From IMG/VR virus record IMGVR_UViG_3300029904_000001, positions 64,001-128,000 of that record: 64,000 bases of DNA; one strand, 5' to 3'. Made by a program: the position numbers and the translations under genes. The stretch comes from a virus. Taxonomy: Duplodnaviria > Heunggongvirae > Uroviricota > Caudoviricetes. Below are positions 47,101-57,588 of this stretch, piece after piece (position 1 is the stretch's first letter; each line of letters begins with the position of its first letter). The notes below the pieces were generated by a model, which had not been told where the DNA came from, ran no database searches, and was given only the letters and a program-made list of their open reading frames with translations.

Positions 47101-47466
47101 TTGTGATTCTCCTAATGGATTTTTGCCCAATACAATACTAGCTCCAACTTCTCTAAATGTTTGATTACCGGGTGTATACCATTCGTATGGATCGTGAACA
47201 TATGCTTCTACTAATCTTTTTTCTACTTCATCGTTGTCATATTGATTATATAAAGCTAATGAAGTATTATAAAAATCGTTAAATTTCTTTTCGTCAAATC
47301 GTCCAGACTTATCTTTAAATACTTCTTGAACTTCAGGCAGATTTTTATATTCATCTGCTGATTTCATTGTAGAATTATCTGGAGTTATATTATGCGCGTA
47401 AAAATCAACAAGTGTAAAATCTGGTTGAAATAAACGTGCCGCAAACCAATCATTTACTTTTGCCAT
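38095..47466 (-). CDS. Giant virion cargo protein with an internal SF1 (RecD/UvrD-like) helicase domain (~3123 aa with TGA=Trp)
   Basis: Nine to ten track ORFs share one frame. Motifs GGAGVGKT, IIIDE, LGDPKQ, GGEYD and YTVSQRS lie within 41884-44037. Confidence 0.8.
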
Positions 47467-47469
47467 AAA

Positions 47470-49290
47470 TTAAAAATTCGTTCGAGGTTTTTCTCCTTGT
47501 TGTATTTGTCTTGTATATTTATTTGCTTCTAATTGTGCTGTTGTATTTTGATATCTACTAGCAGGTGCTACATCATTATTATATATTAAGGTTCCAGCTA
47601 ATGCATTATCAATAGGAATAAAGATATTACCCATGTAGAAATTTTTCTTTTTGCCCACTCTGCCAACATCATTTACTTCATCTTTAGCTTCATAAGGACT
47701 ATGATATTTAACAATATTTTCATATAATGATTTTACATCTCTACCTTCAGAACGTTCTAAATTATATAGATAAGGAGAATCTTTATCAATATCTACTAAT
47801 TTCGTATTAACAATAGCTCCAAAAGTTAAAAATGCCATTGTATTTTTAAAATCAATGGTTCCAGTTTGTGTATTATAAGTTGCACTACCCTGAAAATAAT
47901 CATCTACTAGTTGAGCAATATATCCTGGATCGGTAATACCTTGTGCTTCTATTTCATCTTGTAATTGTTGAGCTAATTCTTGTTTATCAAAATCTGGAAC
48001 AATTCTTCCACCAACATCTTTATATGGTAACATAACTCTATATAAAGGTGTAGACGAATCATACATTACTTTATCATAATCTGTTGGATTAAGTAACTGA
48101 TCTCCAAATGAAATAGAGTCTTTACGTGTTATACCTCCAATACCTAAACTATCTGTTAATACATTAGCTAATGTAGTAGAAGGAAGTGGTGTTTTTCCAT
48201 CTTTATCCATAATAGTTTGAGCAGATTGACCTCATGCTAATAAGTGAACAGTGGATTCTCTTGGGGTAATTCTAATCATTTGATGTTCTCCTAATCCATT
48301 TCCGTCAACATATCTTTCAGGTAAAGTTCTTTCTACAGTCTTGCCAGAAGTAGTAACATTAGCATATCTTGGATCACTAGCTGTAGCAGTAGAATCATAA
48401 TCAACTGAAGTACTACTATCTAAATGATTCGATAAAGCTTGTATAAGTAAATCGGCTGAGTGTAAATTAGGATCTTGACCTTCTGCTGCAGTTTTAGCTC
48501 TTAACAATTGTTTCATGTTAGTTGGAAGAGCATTATAGATATAATTAATTGCTTGTTGTGCTGTTGAATTATCTATTTGAGCTTCTTGTTTAAACTTATA
48601 ATAACCTTGAGGTCCTCCGGCAATTAATCCATATAACGATTCTTCCATTTTGGCTAATTCTGAATTAGTATAACCAGAAATAGAACGAGTTCCAAAATCT
48701 AGTATTATACTTTTAGCATAATCTACTATATCGTTAACTCCAATTGAACCAGACATAGAATTTAAAACTGAACTATCAAAAGGTGTAGCTTGTGAACGAT
48801 ATTCTAATATATAATTATTAGTTAAAGGACTATATTTTTTCTGATTCTTATAATATTCATCTGGATTAATAGCAGAAACTTTTCCTTCTTTATCCATTAC
48901 ATACATTTGTCCTCTATCATTTAAAGCTATCTCATTTCAATTTCCAGTTTCTGTTAAATGTTGAGTAGCAGCATCATATAAACCTTTATTATGTGCTACC
49001 ATATTAGCCATAGCTTGAACACGAGCAAAATCCGACATAGATCATTCTCCAGTCATTTCTGCTCTTCTTAAGAAACTAGTAGCTTTATTTAAAAATAGAT
49101 TTACATCGCTTGGTAGTCCATTTTCCTGTAATACTTCAAGAATTTCTTTTTGTATATCTCCAATTTTACCAGTGTTTGTTTCAGTTTCTTGTGTTGGAGT
49201 TTGACTTGCATTATCTTGATAAGAAGGCAGAAAGGGAGTATAAATTATACCCCCTACCTGTTTCTTCTCTATTTTTTGACGTATTTTCAT
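47470..49290 (-). CDS. Putative virion cargo protein (606 aa with TGA=Trp)
   Basis: Three track ORFs share one frame; N-terminal KQVGG motif. Confidence 0.75.
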
Positions 49291-52200
49291 TTAAGAAATA
49301 GATTTCATAAATAATTTAATAACCGCATCATGTAACTTTTCTAAAGCTTTTGCAGTTTCTTTATTTCTATTAATTCAGATCGCTTCATCGGGTTTTTGTC
49401 CAGTATGACGTTGTTGATATTTTAAAGTTCCACCCTTTTTAGCAAGAATAGTTGGTATTCTATATGGCCATTGTACATCTAATCCACGATTGTGTAATCT
49501 AGCATTTTGTAGATCTTTAAATAAACGAGTTTGATTTTCCTGGAAATGTCGAGGATTAGTTCTTTGCCAATAATCCATCCAATCTACATAAGGACTTTTA
49601 TCTTCCAAAGCCATATAAGCATCATAAAAGTCTTTACCGGCATTTCTCATACCTAATTCATAGTCGTTTTGAGCAACTGCATTCTCATATTGAGAAATAG
49701 CTTGTAAAGCACGTTGTCTATTCTGATGGAACCAGTTTCTACCTTCCATAGCAAAGTTAGCAATAGACTGATTATTAGCTGCAATTCTACCTTGATCTAT
49801 TTGAGCATCACGTAGTAGTTTATTTAACATTTCCTGTCTATTAAATAGAGCTGTTTCTCGTCTATCTTGTGCATAAGCTCTACGTGCAGCTAAATCGTTT
49901 TGTAACCACTGTGAATATTGTTCAGAAGCTTTAAGATTACCTTCTAATTCCAATTGCCTAGCTTGATCCTCATTCGTTTGACGCATAGCATAATTAGTTA
50001 ACACATCAGTAGAAGTTGGAACAAAGAATTGTCTCTTTTGCTGAGCAGCATTTTGATAAGCTGGAGTTATATGGTCTTGGTAACGATCATATATTTCAGT
50101 AGGCATTTCTTTTTGAATAGGCTTATTAGCTTCTTTCATTTTCTTGAACATGTAGTTATTAGTAGCAATACTACGTGCTAATTCAGCCGCTCCAAATAAT
50201 AATTGAGGATCAAACGTATTAACTTTTGGTTTATAAGATGAAGGATTTAAGCCATCTTCTATAATTCGTCCGTTCTCATCAACATAATTAGCTGTTAATT
50301 GTGGTACCGATAAATTTAAATCCTCAATTTCTACTTGTAAGTCTTCATCTGGAATCTCAATAGAATCAATATTAATTTCAGGAGCATTAGGCAATTGTGT
50401 AGGCTTATAAATTCTTCCAAAAGCATCGTTATATAAATCATGAGCATATCCTAATCTCTTATCATTAGTTAGTCTTTCAAACTCTTCTAAAGACATATCA
50501 TAAACAGTTGATATAGTAGGATCACTTAAATTATAAGCATCAGGATTGATAGAAACGGATTTACCTGTTTTAGGATCTGTTTTTATATAAGATTTATTTA
50601 AAGAACCTGATTTTACTCCTTTTTCTTGTAATTGCTTTAAATATGCTTGTTTTGCTGCTTGAAATTCTGGATTATACCAATTATCTATATAATATTGACG
50701 ATAATTCATATAATCACTATTGTTTCCATAAGTGGCAATTCAATCTACATTACCATTAGAATCAAATTTAATACCACCACGTTCGTAATTAAAATAAGGA
50801 TTAGTATTGGTATTATTCATAACTAATGTAAAAGGTTGCGTTGTAGCTTGAGAACTAGAAGACGGAGAACTAGTCGATTGAGTTACAGGAGGATTATTAA
50901 ATGTATTCATTTCTGGATTTACAGAATAAAAATGCCCATTTCTAAATACAACATTATCTCAATTACCAGAGTTGGTTCCACCTTGTGCTTTAATTATACC
51001 ACCTTTTTTAAATGAAAGATTAAATCGTTTAATAAAGTCATCGATTCCAGTACCATGGAAATATCTGTCTTGATCAATATGATGTTGAATCATGTCACGC
51101 AACTCTGGACGAGCTTTAATAGCAGCATCAAATCTATTTGATAATATCTCTCCATTATATTCTCTTCCTCTAAACCCAACATCCATTACTAAATTTCTAG
51201 TTCCTTCAGATGATTTAATATTACGAATTTTATGTAACAATTCAGCTATGGATTTACGTAATTGTTGTTCTTCTGAGGTTCTAGACGTAATACGAGTTGG
51301 AACAGCGGGTGTAGAAACAGCTGGTGTAGAAGCAGGAGTTGAAGTTGGAGTATGAACATTTCATTGTAATTGATCGTTTTTAAATGGATTGGTTACTGGA
51401 ATTCCAAAAAAAGTTCTATTGGATCTTGGCATTACAGATCTACCAAATTGGCTTATAATCGTTTGATGTGCAGCAGGATTAGTTGCTAAACCATATCTAT
51501 AAGCTCTAGCTGCACGATTTCCTCAATAACCTAAATTGTCTTTTTGTAAAGTTTCAAATAATTTACTATTAGTTAAAGCTTGCTCATCAAATACATCCCA
51601 TTTTGCTGGTTTATTTTGTTTTACTTTACGAGCATCTTTTTTAAATATACCAATAATACCTTTTTTATCAGCCTTAATACCAAACGTTTCCATTAGTTTT
51701 GAAACATCTGTATCTTCTAATTTTATACCAGTTGATTCTACTTTTTGTTTTAAGAAATCAGTAGCTTGTTTAGTTGTTTTTCCATTAAGTTGTATTAAGT
51801 CTTCTACTGTTAAAGTGACAGATTTACCGTTAATAGTCTTCGTAATAGGTTGAATAGTATTTTCAACACCTAATTTCTTTTGTAAAGCTTTTAATGCGGT
51901 TCTGTCCAATTTTCTCGATATACCTCGACCTAGCAAAGCTCCACTTATTAAACCGGTGGCAATAGAAGACATTTCATCAGTAGTAATCTCTCCATCTTTG
52001 GCAGCATCGATAGTAGCGTTTATACCACTTATTGTACCAATTGCAGGAATTGCGATTTCTGAGGCTCTACCTAACTTTTGTGCTTTCTTTCCGAGTTTAA
52101 TACCACCAACGTTACCAAAAATATCGGTACTAGATAAAATATCTTCTGTTTTCTTAGTTGCTTCTGCAATTTTTTTAGCATTTTTACCTGCTTTTATAGC

Positions 52201-54492
52201 AGTTTTACCGGCTTTAGCCATTTTAGCAGCTTTAGCAGCACTACCAGCAATAGGAACTAAGGTAAGAGCATCTAAACCAAGATTCATTGCAAGTCTACCT
52301 AGATCTCCACCATCAAAGCCATCACGTTTAATATCAGAAACAAATCTAGATATTGTCCCTCCAAGTCCAGTAACAGCTCCAGCAATATTACCTAAACCTG
52401 GTATAAAAGATGCTCCAAGAGAAGCAGTATCTAAAGCAGTAGCAGCAGTAGCCCATTTATCTGAAGCATCTGTAAGTCCAGGACCTCCTCCAACTTTATG
52501 TAGTGTACCAATAGGGTCATCTGTATCGGCGCCTTTACTAATATTAGTAATTACATTAGAATATTTACCACCATATTGCAAAATTGGAATACTTCCTCCT
52601 TTTTTAAATCCTAATATATCATCGTACTGATGTTGTTGATACATTCAACTATTAGGATCAAAAGAAAAATCATTTCCATTTCATTTTTTATTAATCGTTC
52701 TTCAATAATTTCAACGATCTTCTATATCTCAACCTTTTTCATATTCTTTTTGAGTAATAGGTTGCCCAGTAGTAATTCTATCCATTAATTTAGTTCCATA
52801 AATTGGATAAAATTCACCATTTTTTCCTTTAAAATAATAACCACCACTATCGTCTATATAAATAGGCTGATTGCTAATGCCATCTGAGGTTTGTACTTTT
52901 GCAGCAACTTTGGATTTTGTATAACGTTTTCCCTTATCATCAAATTCGTAGTTAGGTTGAAATATTGGATCAGTTGGAGTTCTAATACCTTCAACTGGAG
53001 TAACTGGAGTTGTTAATCCGCTTAAATAATTTTGAAGTTTTTCTTGATTAGTAAAAATTTCATCTGCATAATTACTAACAGCAAACCGTTCGATTGGACG
53101 TCCATCTTTATCTCGATTTGTTGGATCAATAAAACTAATAATTTTCATTCCTTCTGGAACAGTATATTCAGAAGAAATATCTCTAAAATAGAAAGGATTT
53201 GTTATATATTCAAATCCTGGAAGTCTCGATAAATTAGAATTTTGATAACCAACAAATGAATTTGGTTGATCCATTCCAGCATATATTCAGCCAGAATTTT
53301 TTAAAGCATTTGAATATACTTCTGGAGTTCAATTTCCATTTTCATCGGTTGCATAAGCTGCATTTACATAGGATTGAAATGCACGATTAGCTTCATTATC
53401 TTCGTTTCATAATTGATTTTGAGTTCAGAATTTTCCACCTACAACAGCACCACCGGCTCAGTCGGTATTAGCGGCTCAATCCATATCCCTTAGATAGATG
53501 TTAGAAGTAACAGGAACTAATTCACCGTTTGTGTTAGTTGTATACAGATAAGTATTTCCATCCTCTCCTTTTCGTACATAATAACCAGATTGTTCAAGTA
53601 AATCGTCATTAAATCCAGAACCTTCTCAAGAACGAGAAACTACTGTTTGTTGAGCTGAATCAGTATCAGTTTCTCTGGAATCTTTATCAAATCCCATCCA
53701 TTTAAGCCAATCTAAATCAGTCTCGTTTAATTGATTAGCTCGAATACGCTCAATTAATCCAGAAAAAGTAAATGGATTTTCAGATGTTTGATTAGAAGCT
53801 CAAGCTGTACGTAAATCTTGAATATAACGATCGTTTTCGTCATCTCAACTATACTGTTTGTCAGCTTCGTCTTCAGGTAAATTTAAAAAAGTTTCAAAGT
53901 TTTTTAATCTTTGTAGATAACCAGCATTTTCAGGACCCGTTGAGAATGTTACGTTTCCTTTATCATCAGTATTATAATCAAACCAACTACTTTCATCTCC
54001 ATATAAAGCTGTTCTATTATCTTCAGAAGTTGTTTCTATTTGTTGAGATTGAATTGGATTGAAATTATAACGCATGGCTTCTTGCATACCAGTCATTCAT
54101 TGTTGTCTAGCATCTCCACGTCTATAATCTCTTCTTGCCCAACGCCTTTTTTGTCTCTCAGCTTGTCTTTGATTAGGATTAGTACGATTTAGATTTAAAT
54201 CATCAATAATATCTTGATTTGTTCAATTAACTCCAGTAAAAGTATTTTTTAAAGAATTATAAGAAACATTGTTTCCACGTTTAATTGAACTAATAACGTC
54301 ATTTAACCCAATTCTTTGCTGACTATTTGTACTAGTCGAATAAGCATTTGCTCAATTGGCTAAATCTTGATCGTCTAATTCTTGAACAACTCCATCGATA
54401 GTAATTCTATATGGTTTATGTTTAGTAGAAGTTTGATTGGAAGAGGATTCCGGATTTCCTCCACCTTGTGCAAATTTTCTAACTTGTGACAT
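49291..54492 (-). CDS. Large putative virion cargo protein with a Gly/Ala-rich hydrophobic segment (~1733 aa with TGA=Trp)
   Basis: ATG at 54492 (MSQVRKFAQGG). Five track ORFs share the frame down to TAA at 49291. Hydrophobic segment near 51950-52450. Confidence 0.78.
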
Positions 54493-54512
54493 ATATCGAT
54501 ATATATTATAAT

Positions 54513-54550
54513 AAAAATGAGAGACTAGCACAATATCTAATCTCTCATTT
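54513..54550 (-). terminator. Intrinsic terminator between the small Gln-rich gene and the giant cargo genes
   Basis: On the minus strand: AAATGAGAGATTAG-loop-CTAGTCTCTCATTT followed by T residues. Confidence 0.75.
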
Positions 54551-54576
54551 ATCTATTTATTTTATGAGGGACTATC

Positions 54577-54945
54577 TTATTTCTTCATAGTTCCACCACC
54601 GCAGTTCTTAGCTACTTTGCCACCACTGCAATCTTTCTTTACTTTTTTACGTTTACAAAGTTTTCCACCTTTCTTAAATACTGGTTCACCTTGAGGTTCT
54701 CCAACAGGCTCTGCTCCACCACCTTGTGCTTGCTGTAGAAGCATTAGAAAAGCTTGAGCACCTTGAGCTAGCATTTCACAATTTTGAGTTTGTAGACCCT
54801 GCATGAATATTTGGGCAATTGAAAGCAATGGATCTTGTTCTCCACCAGGTTGTGCTTGTTGAGCCATTGCAGGATCTTGAGGCATAGGAGCGGATCCCCC
54901 TTGCTGGAAACGTTGTACACGATCAGAATTTTTAACTATTTTCAT
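54577..54945 (-). CDS. Small Gln/Gly-rich protein with a basic C-terminal tail (putative virion/core protein)
   Basis: 122-aa ORF with its own promoter and terminator. Contains FQQGG and FKKGG and a Lys-rich tail. Confidence 0.75.
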   Translation of the reverse strand: MKIVKNSDRVQRFQQGGSAPMPQDPAMAQQAQPGGEQDPLLSIAQIFMQGLQTQNCEMLAQGAQAFLMLLQQAQGGGAEPVGEPQGEPVFKKGGKLCKRKKVKKDCSGGKVAKNCGGGTMKK

Positions 54946-55009
54946 AAATAAATAATTAATTTAACGTTAAACTATAATAAAATCTAATTTGTTATTTCTC
55001 GACTCGATT

Positions 55010-55041
55010 CAAAAATAGAAAAAATATTTGAAAAATCCAAA
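55010..55041 (-). promoter_or_regulatory. Bacteroidota-type promoter on the minus strand
   Basis: On the minus strand: TTTG (55041-55038), 20-nt spacer, TATTTTTG (55017-55010). Confidence 0.65.
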
Positions 55042-55064
55042 TGAACTTGTTATTTAATTTTAAT

Positions 55065-55095
55065 TTTGGAATTTTAATATTTTTAATTATCTTTG
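55065..55095 (+). promoter_or_regulatory. Bacteroidota-type promoter driving a short transcript
   Basis: TTTG at 55065-55068, 19-nt spacer, TATCTTTG at 55088-55095. Confidence 0.7.
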
Positions 55096-55192
55096 TATTG
55101 CAATCTAATATTGAATTCGAGAGAGTAGGCGTTCTGGATATAAATCACTCAGAAACCACTTTAATTATTTTATGTTTATTTTAAAGATTGTT

Positions 55193-55220
55193 AGGCGGGT
55201 AGTTAGTACTCGCCTTTTTT
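55193..55220 (+). terminator. Intrinsic terminator
   Basis: AGGCGGGT-AGTTAGT-ACTCGCCT followed by TTTTT. Confidence 0.75.
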
Positions 55221-55318
55221 ATTTTTATAATGTTATGTAAAATTTTTATAATGGATATGGTTGTCCAGTATAACAAAAGAGTTACGACAGGGTTGTAAAT
55301 TATAAAATTTAAAATAAT

Positions 55319-55350
55319 TTTGGATTTTAAAAATTTTTGTTTTATATTTG
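55319..55350 (+). promoter_or_regulatory. Bacteroidota-type promoter for the SF2 helicase-like gene
   Basis: TTTG at 55319-55322, 20-nt spacer, TATATTTG at 55343-55350. Confidence 0.72.
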
Positions 55351-55451
55351 TATTGATAGATACGACATATTGTACCTATTGGGTGACTCCAATAAAGAAG
55401 TTTCCACTGATAGATACACTATAAAATTTTTAACATTAAAAATCGAAAGTT

Positions 55452-56975
55452 ATGAAACAAATTATTAAAGCAAATCAAAATTCAAAGTTTTTATCTGATG
55501 TCATTGATAATTTACCATCCAAATGTTTATTTAATAAAGGTATAACTGGATGTGGAGGTACTACGCTAGAGATAGAATCGAAACGTGACTCTATAATTCT
55601 TGTACCTAATATAAATCTTGTTATAAATAAAACCTTTGTATATCCAAATTTAATTGGAGTATGAGGTGAAACTACTCAAACTGAGTTCAAAAGTAAACTG
55701 GATAAACATCTATTTAATAAGATAATTGCCACATATGACGCACTTCCAAAATTAATTGAATGACTTGGAGATACAATATATGATTATTTTCTATTAGTCG
55801 ACGAATATCATATTCTATTTAATAGCTATGCCTTTAGATATAAAGCTATCTCCTTTGTATTACAAAATTATACTAAATTTAATGATTATTGTTTTATGAC
55901 TGCAACTCCTTTAACTGATTATAATATATTAGAAGAAATCAAAGACCTTCCTCAAATTGAAGTACAATGAGAAGCAGCAATTCCAGTTAATGTGACAGTT
56001 AAAAATACTTATTTTACTAGCAAAGAACTAACTTCCATTATAAATAATAGTTTAAATGAAGATTATAATTGACATATCTTTATTAATTCAATAAACACAA
56101 TTAGGAGTATAATTAAAAATATTAATACTACTGATTATCGTACCATCTGTTCAAAAGAAGCCGCAAGTAAAGATAAATCAGAAGGAAAATTAAAAGTTAA
56201 ATCTATTAATTCTCCAGTTTGTAAAATAAATTTCTATACAGCAACTGCATTTGAAGGAGTTGATATTTACGATCCTAAAGGCAAAACAATAGTTATTTCG
56301 GATACTAATATAGCTCAATCTTTAGTAGATATTTCTACTTTATTTATACAAATTTGTGGAAGATTACGAGATTCTATATATAAAAATGAAGCATTATTTA
56401 TATGTAATACTAATAATCATCGTTATCTTAAATATAAAACAGAAGATGATTTTATAAAAGCAAGTAATGAAATAGAAAGAAAAGCCAAAATATTTGAACA
56501 AGATTATCTTAAATCTGAAATAGAATCTCAAGAAATAACTCAATCTTCCTGAGATTCTAATCCAGTATTTTATCAAAGCGTTTATCTTGGAAAAAGTAAT
56601 CAGAATGTATTTTATGATCCAAATCTTAAGAAAACGGATAAACAAAATTTTGATGTAATTACCAAAGTATTTTCTAGTACAGTAAATGTATTAAATAATT
56701 TAAATAACCAAGCTAATGTTATAGCTAAAATAGAAATTCCAAATTATGATTTATATAAAGAATTTTTTGATTTACTTCCAGACATTCAAGTAAAATCAAT
56801 TGATTTATTTGAACATTTAGCCAAATTTTTTAAAAAACACAAACTTATTTCTACTAAAGCAAAATCTGATTTTCTTAGTATTTGTTCTAATAAAAAAAGA
56901 ATAGAAGAAAATGGAGAAAGATTTTGAATTTACGATTTTACTAAACTAAAGTCTATAATAGGAAAAGGAGAGTAA
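55452..56975 (+). CDS. SF2 (DExH) helicase-like protein, 507 aa with TGA=Trp, antisense to the cargo cluster
   Basis: Translated codon by codon: GITGCGGTT, LVPNI, LLVDEYH, FMTATP, IFINS, YTATAFEGVDI, QICGRLR. Six TGAs; TAA at 56973. Confidence 0.85.
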
Positions 56976-56992
56976 TTAGCTCTCCTTTTTTA
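56963..56992. terminator. Bidirectional terminator between the convergent helicase and DUF192 genes
   Basis: AAAAGGAG...CTCCTTTT inverted repeat followed by a T run. Confidence 0.75.
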
Positions 56993-57000
56993 TTTTCTAT

Positions 57001-57588
57001 TTATTGTTGCACATATTCAGGTTCATTAGAATCTTGCTTACGTAAATACTCAAATATTTTCTTACCCAATCGTTTATAATCAGACTCTTTTTTGGTTGTA
57101 TAAGCTCTCTTAGCCATTCTAACTAGTGTTTTCGTATTTTTTATACTGAAAATGCGCTCAGAACCCTGTAAGACGGCTTGTACTTCTCCATCAGATCCAT
57201 AAACATACATTTTATTAGTTGGGAGATCTTTTCCTGGACTTAATTCATCATCTTCTACATCTATTTCATCTCCAGGTTTAACTCCAGAATTTTGATTTAA
57301 TTCTAGTACATATTGAACGTTATCTTCACTTAAAATAGTTTCATCATAAGGCATTCCCTTCTTTACAGATATTACTTCTCAATCTGAGTTGATAAATATT
57401 ACGTCTAAAGGGATACTGGTTCGATACATTCAGAATTCAGCCTTATGTGGATAATTATATACAAATAACATTCCCTCATCTGGGTCCATTTCTTCAACAT
57501 TCATTAAACCTTGCTCCTTTTCAATCTCTGTTTGAGCTACTAGAACATTATATTCTTTGTCATTAATTTCAAGATTAATTGTTTTCAT
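57001..57588 (-). CDS. DUF192 (COG1430) domain protein with a C-terminal extension (195 aa with TGA=Trp)
   Basis: AQTEIEKEQGLM...GMLFVY...EFWMYRTSIPLDVIFI...YVLEL; the Trp of the conserved FWM is encoded by TGA. Confidence 0.82.

Noticed and set aside
51300-51352. Short tandem nucleotide repeats
   Set aside because: They encode a Pro/Thr/Ser/Ala linker (TPTSTPASTPAVSTPAVP) and are not an independent DNA element.
55172-55240. 22-aa peptide ORF (possible leader peptide or type I toxin)
   Set aside because: It crosses the terminator and has no supporting feature; the region is retained only as an sRNA candidate.
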